A stretch of 64,000 bases of DNA from Candidatus Woesearchaeota archaeon (GTDB taxonomy: Archaea > Nanobdellota > Nanobdellia > SCGC-AAA011-G17 > GW2011-AR18): assembly GCA_016179945.1 (NCBI GenBank), contig JACPCE010000001.1, positions 9,202 to 73,201 on the forward strand, read 5' to 3'. Below the pieces are notes generated by a model, which was not told the origin of the DNA, did not search any database, and was given only the letters and a program-made list of their open reading frames with translations. This document shows positions 38,183 to 48,365 of the stretch, in pieces. The translations under genes and the position numbers were made by a program. Position 1 is the stretch's first letter; each line of letters begins with the position of its first letter.

Positions 38183-38699
38183 TTTTATCCTCTGGTTTCA
38201 ATTCCTTACTTTTTTCTTTAGATTTTTCAGCTTCCTCTACTTTCCTTTTCTTAGATTCTTTCTTGCTTTCAGATTCTTTTTTCCTTGAATTTATATTTTC
38301 AGCAGCTTTAGATAAATAATTATCAATGTCTTTCACACCCAAAACATGTAGTTTTTTATTTTTAATTTCATTAATTATTTGTATTCTTTTTTTCATACCG
38401 ACACTATGTGAAATAATAACAGCATTTTTATCGTCTAAATTCTTCAAATCATTAATATTATAAACAACAACAGCTAACAAACCTTTTCTAGTTAAACCTT
38501 TGACAGCATTAGGGCCGCTATACCCTATAGAAGGAATTCCACCGTGTCCTTTAAATCCTCTTCTCAACTTGCTGTGTATTCCTTTTGGTTTTCTCCATTC
38601 TCCTTTAAACTGCTTGAAAATATTAGAGTCTTGTCTTTGAAACAAAGGCTTCTTGCTCTTTGCCTTATTTCTAAACTGTAAAAGTTCTTTCTTATTCAT
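38166..38699 (-). CDS. rpl32e: Ribosomal protein L32e with a KE-rich C-terminal extension
   Basis: WRKPKGIHSKLRRGFKGHGGIPSIGYSGP. Confidence 0.85.
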   Translation of the reverse strand: MNKKELLQFRNKAKSKKPLFQRQDSNIFKQFKGEWRKPKGIHSKLRRGFKGHGGIPSIGYSGPNAVKGLTRKGLLAVVVYNINDLKNLDDKNAVIISHSVGMKKRIQIINEIKNKKLHVLGVKDIDNYLSKAAENINSRKKESESKKESKKRKVEEAEKSKEKSKELKPEDKNELKK

Positions 38700-39249
38700 C
38701 TTCTTCTCCAGGTTTTGAAATTATAAAACAACCATCTTGGAATATTCTCCTATCTTTATCTGTAATTCTTGTAGTTTGTTCAATAGTCGCTGCAGTCTGT
38801 CCTACTTTTTCTTTATCTAAACCTTTAACTATAATAATATCTCCTTGAACTTGAACATTAACACCATCTAAAATCTTTGCTTTTCTAGGAACTTTCTCTC
38901 CTAGAAAATTTTTAATAACAACATTGCTTCCATCAACATTTATATTCATTGGAAAATGCCCTGAACATATTTTTAATTTTGCAGTATATCCCTTGACAGC
39001 ACCAAAAAACATGTTTTTAATATGCGCCTTATAAGTATTCATTATCATCTTATCGTTTTGAGAAAATTTCATTCCTTGCTTACACTTGAAAATTATTTTA
39101 TTTTCTTCCTTGCTAATTTTAATCCTTGGATTTAAAAAGTTACGCTGTAATTGGCCTTTTGGACCTTTGACTATAACAAGACTATTAGCTACATCAACAT
39201 TAATTCCCTGAGAAATATCCAACTCAGTGCTATAGGATTTACTAGCCAT
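38692..39249 (-). CDS. rpl6: Ribosomal protein L6 (uL6)
   Basis: Two-domain L6 with VIVKGPKGQLQRNF. Confidence 0.9.
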   Translation of the reverse strand: MASKSYSTELDISQGINVDVANSLVIVKGPKGQLQRNFLNPRIKISKEENKIIFKCKQGMKFSQNDKMIMNTYKAHIKNMFFGAVKGYTAKLKICSGHFPMNINVDGSNVVIKNFLGEKVPRKAKILDGVNVQVQGDIIIVKGLDKEKVGQTAATIEQTTRITDKDRRIFQDGCFIISKPGEEDE

Positions 39250-39250
39250 T

Positions 39251-39643
39251 TTAATAACAATAAGCTACAAGCTTACCTCCTATTCCTTTTTCTAAAGCCT
39301 TTTTGTATTCCACGACTCCGCTTGATGTTGTAACTATAAATAATCCAAAGCCTTTGGCAGGCAAATATCTTTTTTCAAACATCTCATAATTATCTTTTGT
39401 TATAGAAAATCTAGGCTTAACAACACCACAACCATTAATATTTCCTATGAGATTAACTTTAATAACTCCGCCACCATTCTTATCAACAACAGAATAATCT
39501 CCTATGTATTTATTGTCCTTCATAATATCAAGTACAGCCAATAAGATCTTTGAAATAGGTCTAATTAAGCAATCACTTTTCCCCTTTTTCTCACTATTAA
39601 AAATGTGAGACAAACAATTTGCTAATGGATCATTCAAGCTCAT
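39251..39643 (-). CDS. rps8: Ribosomal protein S8 (uS8)
   Basis: MSLNDPLANCLSHIFNSEKKGK...VTTSSGVVEYKKA. Confidence 0.9.
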   Translation of the reverse strand: MSLNDPLANCLSHIFNSEKKGKSDCLIRPISKILLAVLDIMKDNKYIGDYSVVDKNGGGVIKVNLIGNINGCGVVKPRFSITKDNYEMFEKRYLPAKGFGLFIVTTSSGVVEYKKALEKGIGGKLVAYCY

Positions 39644-39651
39644 TTCTCCTC

Positions 39652-39882
39652 CTAACTAAATTTCTTAAATCCTATGTTCTGTGCATCCTCTCTAAAACAC
39701 ATCCTACATAAATGAATACCATAACTTCTAATGTGTGCACCAAACCTTCCGCACCTTCTACATTTTCTAAGACCTATGCCTGTAGTCCTGGATTTTGGTG
39801 AATTATGTTTCAAAAATTTTTTTAGTTTTACAGGACTAGATTCAAGTTGTCTAAATGCTTTCTTAAAATCTTTTGTTGTCAT
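39652..39882 (-). CDS. rps14: Ribosomal protein S14 (uS14, zinc-binding type)
   Basis: CRRCGRFGAHIRSYGIHLCRMCFRE. Confidence 0.85.
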   Translation of the reverse strand: MTTKDFKKAFRQLESSPVKLKKFLKHNSPKSRTTGIGLRKCRRCGRFGAHIRSYGIHLCRMCFREDAQNIGFKKFS

Positions 39883-40394
39883 TCTTCATCACCCACTGAT
39901 ATGTTAAACTTGGATTTCATGAAATTTATGGCTTCGTCTTTATTTATTGCATGTTCAGAAGTAATTTTTTTCTTGGCTATAGCTCTCCTCTTTATTCTAA
40001 ACCCTGGTCTCATTAAAGTAACAGCAACTTCAAGCCCTATAACACCTATACTTGGATCATATTTAACAGAAGGAATATCAATATATTCTGGAATACCAAA
40101 GGAAAAATTCCCAAATTTGTCAAATTTTCTTTTTAATACTTTACCATCAACTGCTTGTAATAAATTAATTAAAAGTTGTTCAGCTTTTTCTCCCCTGACA
40201 GTAACTTTACAAGCTATTTGTAAATTTGGTCTTACACCCCATGTAGGAATTCTTTTATTGCTTGTAGTAGCAACTGGCTTTGCATCTGTAATATTCTTCA
40301 AAAGCTTCATTGCTTTATCAAGTTTATCACCAGGACTACCAACCCCTATGTTTAACGTAACTTTTTCTATCCTAATTTCTCTCATAATACTCAT
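39879..40394 (-). CDS. rpl5: Ribosomal protein L5 (uL5)
   Basis: Conserved L5 core. Position in the operon. Confidence 0.9.
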   Translation of the reverse strand: MSIMREIRIEKVTLNIGVGSPGDKLDKAMKLLKNITDAKPVATTSNKRIPTWGVRPNLQIACKVTVRGEKAEQLLINLLQAVDGKVLKRKFDKFGNFSFGIPEYIDIPSVKYDPSIGVIGLEVAVTLMRPGFRIKRRAIAKKKITSEHAINKDEAINFMKSKFNISVGDEE

Positions 40395-41107
40395 TTCTTA
40401 GCCTCCAAATTTATCTCGGGCTTGTCCTTACCTAAAACAAAAATATATTCAGCAAGAGTAATATATTCATTGCCATCAATATCAACAGTCACTTTTGGTT
40501 TTTGTAAGTCCTTTGATTTAATTACATTCTTGATTTTCCCCAATTTTCCAATATGCGAACCACCGCTTAGATAAACTAAAGAACCTTTTTCCAAGTTTAA
40601 TATTTTATTTATATTTTTCTTATCAAAATCAAATAATACACTATCTCCAATCTTACCGTTAAATTTATCTAGCAAAATATTTCTTCCGTCATGGAATGTC
40701 AACTGTAATTTTCCTCCCTTTACTGCACTTTTTCTTATAATTTTTAATAATTTCAACTTGGCTTCATCTTTCTTAATTGAAATCAAAGAAAATTTTCCTT
40801 TATTATTATAAGTAATCCTATAAAATTCTTTAAGTTTGGGAATCTCAATTACATCCATCAGACCAACAGGGAACTTGCTTTCCTTTCTGACAATATTGTC
40901 AATTAAAACATCACCATCATTTAAAATCTTTCTAACTTCCTTGGCAGTTTTAGCATACTCTAAAATATTATTCAATAAAAAAGACAAAGTAAAACTATGA
41001 TTTAATGAATGTGGTCCAGGCATAGGTCTTGCTATCCATTTATTTGTTTTTCTCTTCAAAGACCAGCTGTTTGGTGCTGCAATTCTTGACAAGTGATTTT
41101 GTACCAT
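40391..41107 (-). CDS. rps4e: Ribosomal protein S4e
   Basis: HLSRIAAPNSW..., S4 and KOW domains. Confidence 0.9.
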   Translation of the reverse strand: MVQNHLSRIAAPNSWSLKRKTNKWIARPMPGPHSLNHSFTLSFLLNNILEYAKTAKEVRKILNDGDVLIDNIVRKESKFPVGLMDVIEIPKLKEFYRITYNNKGKFSLISIKKDEAKLKLLKIIRKSAVKGGKLQLTFHDGRNILLDKFNGKIGDSVLFDFDKKNINKILNLEKGSLVYLSGGSHIGKLGKIKNVIKSKDLQKPKVTVDIDGNEYITLAEYIFVLGKDKPEINLEAKK

Positions 41108-41109
41108 TT

Positions 41110-41496
41110 TTATTTCCTCTCCAGTGCTTTCTTCCTCAATTTATCATCCAAATTTAATTCCATAATCATAAGATTAGATGGGTGTATTTTAACAGGAATT
41201 TTATTGCCATCTTTTTTTACAATAAAAACATCTTCCAAATAAACGCTTTTATTTTTTAAATTTACTTCACTAATTTTTACAAGTTTGCCCTTAAATTGTC
41301 CAGTCATAACTTTAATTCTATCACCTGTTCTAATTGGAAAATTTCTCTTACCATATTTTTGCTTTAAATCCTTGTTCAATCTTACACTCATTAGTTTTCT
41401 AGCTATATGTAAAGGTGCATTGATTGCATACTTTCTCTGCTTTCTGGGATTTTTACTTTTGATCCAGTGTTTAGTCCATTCTTTCATTTTTCTCAA
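41110..41496 (-). CDS. rpl24: Ribosomal protein L24 (uL24)
   Basis: KOW motif GDRIKVMTGQFKGK. Confidence 0.9.
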   Translation of the reverse strand: MRKMKEWTKHWIKSKNPRKQRKYAINAPLHIARKLMSVRLNKDLKQKYGKRNFPIRTGDRIKVMTGQFKGKLVKISEVNLKNKSVYLEDVFIVKKDGNKIPVKIHPSNLMIMELNLDDKLRKKALERK

Positions 41497-41894
41497 ACAA
41501 CCATTTTAGCTATCTTTGCTACTGCAGGCCACCTGCCAACTACTTCCCTAGCAATAGGGCCTTTAATCAAAGTACCTTTTGGATTTCCTTTATCATCTTT
41601 AAGTACAACTGCGGCATTATCTTGAAACTTTATTCTCATTCCATCAGATCTTCTATATTCTTTTTTCTGCCTGACAATAACAGCATTAACAACTTTTTTT
41701 CTCATTTCAGGATTTCCATCTCTTACTGAAGCAGTTATAAAATCACCAACACCGCCTCTTGGGTTTCTTCCTTTAACGCCTTTCCCGCCTCTAAAAGAAA
41801 TTATAAATAAACTCTTAGCGCCAGAGTTATCACAAGCAATAAGATAACTTCCTCTTTGCAGGCCTTTGGTAATCTTTGCTTTTACTGCTTTCAT
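41493..41894 (-). CDS. rpl14: Ribosomal protein L14 (uL14)
   Basis: LIACDNSGAKSLFIISFRGGKG. Confidence 0.9.
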   Translation of the reverse strand: MKAVKAKITKGLQRGSYLIACDNSGAKSLFIISFRGGKGVKGRNPRGGVGDFITASVRDGNPEMRKKVVNAVIVRQKKEYRRSDGMRIKFQDNAAVVLKDDKGNPKGTLIKGPIAREVVGRWPAVAKIAKMVV

Positions 41895-42220
41895 CCTAAC
41901 CTCTCAACAATCACAAAATTCTTTGTTTTGCTTATTGGTCTTGTTTCAACAATTCTAACTTTATCTCCAACTTTTATATTCATGCACAAAGGATTATGAA
42001 CTTGAAGCTTACTGTACCTTTTTTCATATCTTTGATACTTAGGCAAGTAATGCAACTTTTCCCATTCAATAACAGCTGTTTTCTGAGAATTTGTTCTAGT
42101 AACTACTCCAACAAACTCTCTTCCTCTAATTTTCAATCCCCCATGAAAAGCGCAATGCCTGTCACTACATTCAGATTTCGGATTTTCAACTTGTATTCCT
42201 ATATCTATAACTTTACTCAT
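41891..42220 (-). CDS. rps17: Ribosomal protein S17 (uS17)
   Basis: GREFVGVVTRTNSQKTAVIEWEKLHYLPKYQRYEKR. Confidence 0.9.
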   Translation of the reverse strand: MSKVIDIGIQVENPKSECSDRHCAFHGGLKIRGREFVGVVTRTNSQKTAVIEWEKLHYLPKYQRYEKRYSKLQVHNPLCMNIKVGDKVRIVETRPISKTKNFVIVERLG

Positions 42221-42468
42221 TTTTACTTGCCACCTTATTCAATCTATCTTCAGGTCTTCCAACCAAAAGTTTTCCATCTATAGTAAATGATTTATTTTCT
42301 CTTCCAATCGTAATTGCAATTTGTTTTTTTTCTACCATTTTACCATTATCAAGCACAATCATATCTTTAGTTTCATCCACCACTTCTCCCTCTAATGCCT
42401 ATCAAAGTCCTGTTACAAGAGTCAACAACTCTTACAACACTTCCTATAAGCTCACCCTTATACATCAT
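42213..42468 (-). pseudogene. rnp1: RNase P protein subunit Rpp29 (rnp1) disrupted by a +1 frameshift near 42383-42388 (authentic or a sequencing indel)
   Basis: Hand translation of the minus strand gives MMYKGELIGSVVRVVDSCNRTLIGIRGR, then an extra A in GAGAAG, then EVVDETKDMIVLDNGKMVEKKQIAITIGRENKSFTIDGKLLVGRPEDRLNK. This is the Rpp29 consensus split over two frames. It sits at the conserved SUI1-rnp1-S17 position. Confidence 0.65.
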
Positions 42469-42806
42469 TAGCGTATACCTATTTTGATAATTATTGAATT
42501 TTCATTAAATCCAAGTTTGACAAGTTCTGATTTGACTTTTTCAACATGACTTCCTTGCAATTCAATAATGTTATTTTTTGAAGTACCGCCACAAGCAAGT
42601 TTGGTTTTCAACTTTTTGGTAAGGTCTTTTATATCTATTGATTTTTCATCAAGCCCCTCAACTGTTGTCGCCAACTTGCCAAACCTACGCTTAACAACAC
42701 TTATTGTTATTTTCTGTTCTTCTCTTGCAAGCGTTTGGCAGACGCAAAGGTCTTTAGGCAAACCACATACATTGCATACTTCCATGCCTTTAACTTTCAC
42801 CTCCAA
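42468..42806 (-). CDS. Translation initiation factor SUI1 (aSUI1/eIF1 homolog)
   Basis: Zn-ribbon CNVCGLPKDLCVC plus the SUI1 fold, ...TTVEGLD...LKTKLACGGT. Confidence 0.85.
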   Translation of the reverse strand: MEVKVKGMEVCNVCGLPKDLCVCQTLAREEQKITISVVKRRFGKLATTVEGLDEKSIDIKDLTKKLKTKLACGGTSKNNIIELQGSHVEKVKSELVKLGFNENSIIIKIGIR

Positions 42807-43035
42807 CTTCTAATTTTTTATTTAACATTGTTAAAATTCTAGCGATATTTCTTTTCAAAGACCTTATTTTTCCAGGATTTTCAGGAGGAGTGCCTCTAGC
42901 AACTTGTGATTGAAGTTTCATTAGTTCTTTATTTAACTCTTCAATTTTAGTTTTCAAATTTTCTTTACTCATTCCTTTCAACTCACTTTTCCTCAGTACT
43001 GGCATCTTCCTTCTTCTCCTGCTTTGCTTCAACAA
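42790..43035 (-). CDS. rpl29: Ribosomal protein L29 (uL29), likely start MPVLRK at ~43011
   Basis: LKTKIEELNKELMKLQSQVARG. Confidence 0.85.
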   Translation of the reverse strand: MLKQSRRRRKMPVLRKSELKGMSKENLKTKIEELNKELMKLQSQVARGTPPENPGKIRSLKRNIARILTMLNKKLEVGGES

Positions 43036-43645
43036 CGTTTTCCTTATTATCTTTAATTTTTACATCGTCAGGCAAAACAACCTCTGGATGTAATATACTT
43101 ACTTTAATACCTATAGTTCCGCTCCTTAAATTGCATGATTCATAAGATCTGTCAATAAAATTAGCAGAAATATCTCCGGATTTTTTCAAATATCCTGCAG
43201 AAAATCTCCAACTCTTAGCTCTCTCGCTTGGAACGCCCCTTCCACCAATAACTATTTCTATACCTCTAGCTCCAGCTTTCAAAGCATCTTCCAAAGCCCT
43301 GTAAGCCATTGCTTTAAATCTCTTAGGACCAAACCTTTCAAATCCACTTATCAAAGACCTAGCAACAGAGGCTGCATCAATATAAGGGTTAGTAATCTCA
43401 ACAACCTCAAGTTGTGGATTTTCCATATTGAATTTAGACTTTAATAAATCAGTAAGTCTTTTTATATTTGTACCTTTTTTTCCAACAATCATTCCAGGCC
43501 TAGAGGTATAAACACTTATTTTTTCTCCTAATGGTGTTCTCTGCATAACTATGTGACTGCAACTAACTTTTCCTAAATAACTAAAAACAAAAGATTCTAT
43601 TTCTTTCTCCTTAACCTTTTGTGCAACTATTTGTCTTTCAATCAT
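42983..43645 (-). CDS. rps3: Ribosomal protein S3 (uS3)
   Basis: KH domain GMIVGKKGTNIKRL plus the S3 C-domain. Confidence 0.9.
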   Translation of the reverse strand: MIERQIVAQKVKEKEIESFVFSYLGKVSCSHIVMQRTPLGEKISVYTSRPGMIVGKKGTNIKRLTDLLKSKFNMENPQLEVVEITNPYIDAASVARSLISGFERFGPKRFKAMAYRALEDALKAGARGIEIVIGGRGVPSERAKSWRFSAGYLKKSGDISANFIDRSYESCNLRSGTIGIKVSILHPEVVLPDDVKIKDNKENVVEAKQEKKEDASTEEK

Positions 43646-44079
43646 TTTTTAACCTCTTTAATTTCAGTACTTTTCTCTTCAACAGTTATTTCAACATGTG
43701 TATTCTTCATCTTTGCTTTTCCTTTTCTACCGTAATGCCACCTTGCTTCTCCCTTGTCAGCCTTGGCGTGAGTCACAAATAAATTATTAACATTCAAACC
43801 TTTATTCTCAGCATTAGCCTCTACAGAATCAAACAATTTCAAAAACATCTTGCTGGCATTAATAGGATATCTTCCAGAAGCCATTCCAGGTTTGTGTCCC
43901 AAATCTGCATTAAATCTTGTAATTGGTATTGCTCTCTTCATACTAACAACATCATTCAACATTCTTCTTGCTTTAGACAATTCCTTGTTTCTTATTAATC
44001 TACAAATTTCTATAGACATCTTTGTAGATATGGGCAAAGATTTTCCATTAACCACTGCTGTATTAATTTTATTATTCAT
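43642..44079 (-). CDS. rpl22: Ribosomal protein L22 (uL22)
   Basis: Conserved L22 core. Operon position. Confidence 0.85.
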   Translation of the reverse strand: MNNKINTAVVNGKSLPISTKMSIEICRLIRNKELSKARRMLNDVVSMKRAIPITRFNADLGHKPGMASGRYPINASKMFLKLFDSVEANAENKGLNVNNLFVTHAKADKGEARWHYGRKGKAKMKNTHVEITVEEKSTEIKEVKK

Positions 44080-44474
44080 TTTACACTCATAGCAGCACTT
44101 GATTTTGTTGCACCTATACCAGGAGCACTGTGCTCTACTTTCTTTCTAGTTGTTGTAAACTCTCCCAAATATTTTCCCAATTTTTCATAAGTAATTTCTA
44201 CTGGAATAAATTCTTTCCCATTATAAACATGAATATTGGTACCAAGTAATTGTGGAATTACAATCATATTTCTGCAATGTGTTTTTATTGGTTTCTTAAA
44301 TTTACCAGCTTGTGCATTTTTTACTTTTAGTAATAACTTTTTTTGAGCATCTGTAAATCCTCTCTTCAAAGTTCTTCTAGCTCTTGAAGGAACAAGTTTT
44401 ATAAAATCATTAAGGTCCATATTCTTTAGTTCATCTAAACTCTTTCCTCTGTATGTTGATTCTTTCTTAGCCAT
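44076..44474 (-). CDS. rps19: Ribosomal protein S19 (uS19)
   Basis: [27 protein letters not shown]. Confidence 0.9.
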   Translation of the reverse strand: MAKKESTYRGKSLDELKNMDLNDFIKLVPSRARRTLKRGFTDAQKKLLLKVKNAQAGKFKKPIKTHCRNMIVIPQLLGTNIHVYNGKEFIPVEITYEKLGKYLGEFTTTRKKVEHSAPGIGATKSSAAMSVK

Positions 44475-44475
44475 T

Positions 44476-45189
44476 TTATCTTATCCTACCTGTTCTTCTA
44501 GGTCTAACTAAACCTACCTTCCTTCCTGGAGGTGCATTTCTAGGAGCAATGTTTGGTTTTCCCATATGCCTACCTCTGCCAGATCCAAAAGGATGTTCAA
44601 CAGCATTCATAGCAACAGCTGAGACAATAGGATATAATCTTCCTTTGGCTCTCATTGCATGCCATCTGTTTCCAGCTTTAATAAATGGTTTATCAGTTCT
44701 GCCTCCACCGCTTACAACACCAATAGTAGCTCTGCAATTAATATGAAATTCTTTCTCTTTCTTGCTCGGCATTAAAATCTTAACTTTATCACCTGTTTTT
44801 GCAAGAACTCTGGCAAAAGTTCCTGATGATCTTACAAATTTTCCACCATCACCAAGCTTGCTCTCAATATTGTAAACTAATGTACCTTCTGGAATTTCAG
44901 ATAATTGCATTGTGTTTCCAACTTTTATTTCTGCTTTCTTTCCTGTAGCAACAATATCACCAACAGCAATTCCCTCTGGTGCAATAATATAAGAGTAATT
45001 ACCATCTTCATACTGTATTAAAGCTAAAGGAGCAGTATGGCTTGTACTATGAAGTATCTCAACAACCTTGCCAAAGTAAGATTTATCATCAAGGGTTTTA
45101 TGTTTTGCTTCTGCAAAATATCTATGACTAGGTGCAATAAACCTTCTTGTTGCTCTTCCTCTTCTCTGTGAAATTATTCTTTTTCCCAT
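44476..45189 (-). CDS. rpl2: Ribosomal protein L2 (uL2)
   Basis: [30 protein letters not shown]. Confidence 0.9.
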   Translation of the reverse strand: MGKRIISQRRGRATRRFIAPSHRYFAEAKHKTLDDKSYFGKVVEILHSTSHTAPLALIQYEDGNYSYIIAPEGIAVGDIVATGKKAEIKVGNTMQLSEIPEGTLVYNIESKLGDGGKFVRSSGTFARVLAKTGDKVKILMPSKKEKEFHINCRATIGVVSGGGRTDKPFIKAGNRWHAMRAKGRLYPIVSAVAMNAVEHPFGSGRGRHMGKPNIAPRNAPPGRKVGLVRPRRTGRIR

Positions 45190-45441
45190 TTACATCAATC
45201 CCAACCTAGTCATTACATCAATAGCTGGATAAGCAGCAGTTAATTTAACATACGCTCTCTTCTCTCCTTTATTTGTAACAAAAGTATTAACTTTATCAAC
45301 TTTAACATCAAAAGCAGCTTCAACAGCTTTTTTTACATCTTCCTTTTTAGCTTTCATATCTACGACAAACAAAAGTTTGTTATCTTTGTCCATTAACCTA
45401 ACTACTTTTTCAGTTGCCAGAGGATATTTTAGAACTTTCAT
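45190..45441 (-). CDS. rpl23: Ribosomal protein L23 (uL23)
   Basis: LKYPLATEKVVRLMDKDNKLLFVVD. Confidence 0.9.
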   Translation of the reverse strand: MKVLKYPLATEKVVRLMDKDNKLLFVVDMKAKKEDVKKAVEAAFDVKVDKVNTFVTNKGEKRAYVKLTAAYPAIDVMTRLGLM

Positions 45442-46208
45442 TTTTTAGCACCTAAAAACAATTTCTCGTTAGTTAATAAATTAATTGCACCCTCAGTAAA
45501 TATACAAGGTCTTGGCAAACCATAACCTAAAGATAGCAATGACGCATTCAAGCTTTTTACATCAATAGTATCATACCCAGCTAAATTAGATATTGCTTTA
45601 ATAACATCACAATTCTTTGTAACAACAACTAAAGGATTTTTCTTGTATCTTATTGCTCTTCCTCTTGATTTTGCTTTTCCAGAATTCTTCCTTTTTACAG
45701 CTTGTGTATCAAAACCTAAAATAGTCAAAACATTTTTCACATCTTTAGCCTTCTTCAAATTCTCAAATTTATCTTCAACAACTAATAATTTACTTTTTTG
45801 AACAACTCCAGACATTGCACTTCTTATTGCTTTTTTTCTCTCTTTATTATTTATTTTTTGATCCCAAATTTTGGTGGATTTTGGCGGATGTGCTCTTCTT
45901 CCACCAACAGTGCCTGGAGAAATTGCTCCTACCCATCCAAACTGCATTCCTCTTCTCCACATAGTCTTTCTAGAAACTCTAGAAATACCTTTACCATAAG
46001 CACCTTTGTAGTCTCTTCTTCTCCTTGATAATTTAGCAGAATAACCCTGTCCTGCCTTAGGCATTGTTCCATATGGTTGCCTTTTATGACTAAATATTAC
46101 CAAAACAGCCCTATTAACTAGGTCAGGTTCATAATCATCATTAAATTGTACTGGTAATTCAATAGGCTTCAACTTTTTTCCATCTAAAGATAAAACATCT
46201 ACTTTCAT
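45438..46208 (-). CDS. rpl4: Ribosomal protein L4 (uL4/L1e)
   Basis: Conserved L4 core. Operon position. Confidence 0.9.
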   Translation of the reverse strand: MKVDVLSLDGKKLKPIELPVQFNDDYEPDLVNRAVLVIFSHKRQPYGTMPKAGQGYSAKLSRRRRDYKGAYGKGISRVSRKTMWRRGMQFGWVGAISPGTVGGRRAHPPKSTKIWDQKINNKERKKAIRSAMSGVVQKSKLLVVEDKFENLKKAKDVKNVLTILGFDTQAVKRKNSGKAKSRGRAIRYKKNPLVVVTKNCDVIKAISNLAGYDTIDVKSLNASLLSLGYGLPRPCIFTEGAINLLTNEKLFLGAKK

Positions 46209-47191
46209 TGTTTGCTCTCCAAGCTTACATTTTGTAATTCAACACCATGCCCAAAACCTTTAGTCCCTCTAATAGATTCTGTCATAGTAATAAGCCTTCT
46301 AACATGTCCAGGAACGCTACCTTTTATTAATACATAATCATTTTTAACTAAACCATAATGTAAAAAACCACCTTTAGGATTTACTTTTTCAGGCTTATCA
46401 CCTACAAATACAACATCTTTATTATATTCTGTTCTTAAATTAAAACCCATTCTACCAGGCATAATCATTCCCCAAAGTATTTTGCTAGGAATAGTTGGAC
46501 CATAAATATTTGTTCTTCTTTTTTTCTCTGTTTTATGCCCCATTAAATGTACTCCAAATCTTTTGACTACACCTTGAAAACCCTTACCTCTTGTAACTGC
46601 ATGTATATCTATCTTGTTTCCCTGCTTCAAAACATCAGAAACTCTTACTTCCTTTCCCAACAAGCCAACAACATAATCAAACTTTTCCTTAACATTATTA
46701 CCTCCAACACCAAGTTCAAAAATTTCAGGCTTTTTCTTCCCAATGCCTGTCTTATTTGGCTGGGTATAAACACAAACCCTCAAATCATCAAACTGATCTA
46801 ATTTGGAGGAAACGTCTTTTAACTTTGGTTCTATATCCTTCTTGGATAACTTGACTTTTCTAGAAAGTTCTTTATCTAATCTACCATTAATAATTTCAAA
46901 TACAACTTTTAAACCATACTGTGTTTTCTTATAAAACCTTAAAGAAAAAATCTTAATAGTTGGGCACTCAATAACTGTAACAGGCCAGACAATATTATCT
47001 CCTTTTGTTAATGAACTTGGCCTGCTATCTTTGACAGCAACATGAGTCATTCCTGCCTTATAACCAACAAATCCTAACAAACCTATATTTTTTGACTTAA
47101 CCCAGGATTTTACTTTAGCATATGGTTTTTTAGCTTTCTTTCTAGGCCAAAACTGCAAACTTCCATGCCTGGGTCTTCTTATTTTTGCCAT
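46205..47191 (-). CDS. rpl3: Ribosomal protein L3 (uL3)
   Basis: RRPRHGSLQFWPRKKAK...GKGFQGVVKRFG. Confidence 0.9.
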   Translation of the reverse strand: MAKIRRPRHGSLQFWPRKKAKKPYAKVKSWVKSKNIGLLGFVGYKAGMTHVAVKDSRPSSLTKGDNIVWPVTVIECPTIKIFSLRFYKKTQYGLKVVFEIINGRLDKELSRKVKLSKKDIEPKLKDVSSKLDQFDDLRVCVYTQPNKTGIGKKKPEIFELGVGGNNVKEKFDYVVGLLGKEVRVSDVLKQGNKIDIHAVTRGKGFQGVVKRFGVHLMGHKTEKKRRTNIYGPTIPSKILWGMIMPGRMGFNLRTEYNKDVVFVGDKPEKVNPKGGFLHYGLVKNDYVLIKGSVPGHVRRLITMTESIRGTKGFGHGVELQNVSLESKQ

Positions 47192-47213
47192 TTGTTAGAT
47201 TGCAACCTTTATT

Positions 47214-47225
47214 GCTTTTATAAAG
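47214..47225 (-). promoter_or_regulatory. TATA box (TTTATAAAAG on the minus strand) about 28 nt upstream of the rpl3 start codon. Candidate promoter of the r-protein operon, leaderless.
   Basis: An A/T-rich TATA-like element at the usual archaeal distance from the first gene of the operon. Confidence 0.35.
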
Positions 47226-47393
47226 TTTTCTTCCAAAACACATCTTCTACAAATTAATTGCTAGAATCAGCGGCTTCTTATTATGCATCAGTAGGGTAGA
47301 AAAAGAATTTTAGGTTAATTTATAAATATTTGTATAAGCTAAAAACAATTACCAAAAGCTTTATAAAATAGTTACTACTAAATAATAACTACA

Positions 47394-47951
47394 ATGTCTA
47401 AAATAACTGACTGGTTAAGGTATGGAGCATTTGTCTTAGGGTCAACTATAGGTTTCACAGGTGCAAATGACTTCTGGGCTGCAAAGGGGGACTTACAGGT
47501 CTTAGATTGGTTGCCAAGTAGAAGTACATATCAAGAAGCAAGAAAAACTGATGCAAGAAAAATGCTTGGAAATCATGTAATTTTAGGTGTTTTAGAACTG
47601 GGAGCAGCAGCAGGCTTGCTTTACGCATCAAGAAAGAAAAATGGTAATGTACCTCAAATATCATTTCAAGGTTATTGTCTTGGTGTTGGAGGTCTAGCAT
47701 TATTAAGTGTTGGTGGAAATGAATTTTGGTATGCAAGAGAAAGAGGACAAGCAGCAGAAGCCATTGTAGGACCAAACTTAAGATTTACAAAACAAGAAAG
47801 AAAACAACTTATGGATGAAATGTTGACAAACTTAACATATGGGGCACTAGAAGTTGCTTTAGGTGGTGCATTTCTATATGGTGCAAGTAAATCAAACAAC
47901 AATCAAGGCAATCAAATAAATTCTCAACAAGGAAGACCTACAAGAATTTAA
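47394..47951 (+). CDS. Gly/Ala-rich membrane protein with an internal duplication (GC-rich gene)
   Basis: Two similar halves (GANDFWAAKGD... / GGNEFWYARERGQ...). Local GC is about 40%+. Confidence 0.45.
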   Translation: MSKITDWLRYGAFVLGSTIGFTGANDFWAAKGDLQVLDWLPSRSTYQEARKTDARKMLGNHVILGVLELGAAAGLLYASRKKNGNVPQISFQGYCLGVGGLALLSVGGNEFWYARERGQAAEAIVGPNLRFTKQERKQLMDEMLTNLTYGALEVALGGAFLYGASKSNNNQGNQINSQQGRPTRI

Positions 47952-48365
47952 TCACTTCATCTTCTTTGTGACGTCAATACTTTTTCCGCATTTAGAACAT
48001 TGAAATCTAACAGATTCAGCTGTTACTTGCTTCTGGGTTTCCTCATCAAAAACTTTTACTTTTTTTCTCTTAAATGGAATTTGAACTTCTCCAGTAAATT
48101 CGCAATGAGGACAAACATACTTGCTTTCAAATGTTAAAGTATCTTCATATTCTTCTTTTTGTGCAGTATATTTGCAATTAGGACAAACATATTCTGTTGC
48201 TCTGATTTTTATTTTCCCTTTGTCTCGTGGTTTTCCCATTAAGGCCTTATTACATTTAGGACAGTTTTGCCTGTAAACCCAGGCTCTTATTTTTCCCTTT
48301 TCTCCAAGATTCCTATTTGTAAAATAAACACATTCATCCATTGATGCTGGTTCTTTTAATGCCAT
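47952..48365 (-). CDS. Multi zinc-ribbon protein
   Basis: Four CxxC pairs (CPKCNK, CPNCKY, CPHCEF, CSKCGK). Confidence 0.5.
   Translation of the reverse strand: MALKEPASMDECVYFTNRNLGEKGKIRAWVYRQNCPKCNKALMGKPRDKGKIKIRATEYVCPNCKYTAQKEEYEDTLTFESKYVCPHCEFTGEVQIPFKRKKVKVFDEETQKQVTAESVRFQCSKCGKSIDVTKKMK

Noticed and set aside
47200-47393. The intergenic region upstream of rpl3 as a possible ncRNA
   Set aside because: It is AT-rich with no conserved stem-loops. It is better explained as a divergent promoter region with a TATA box.
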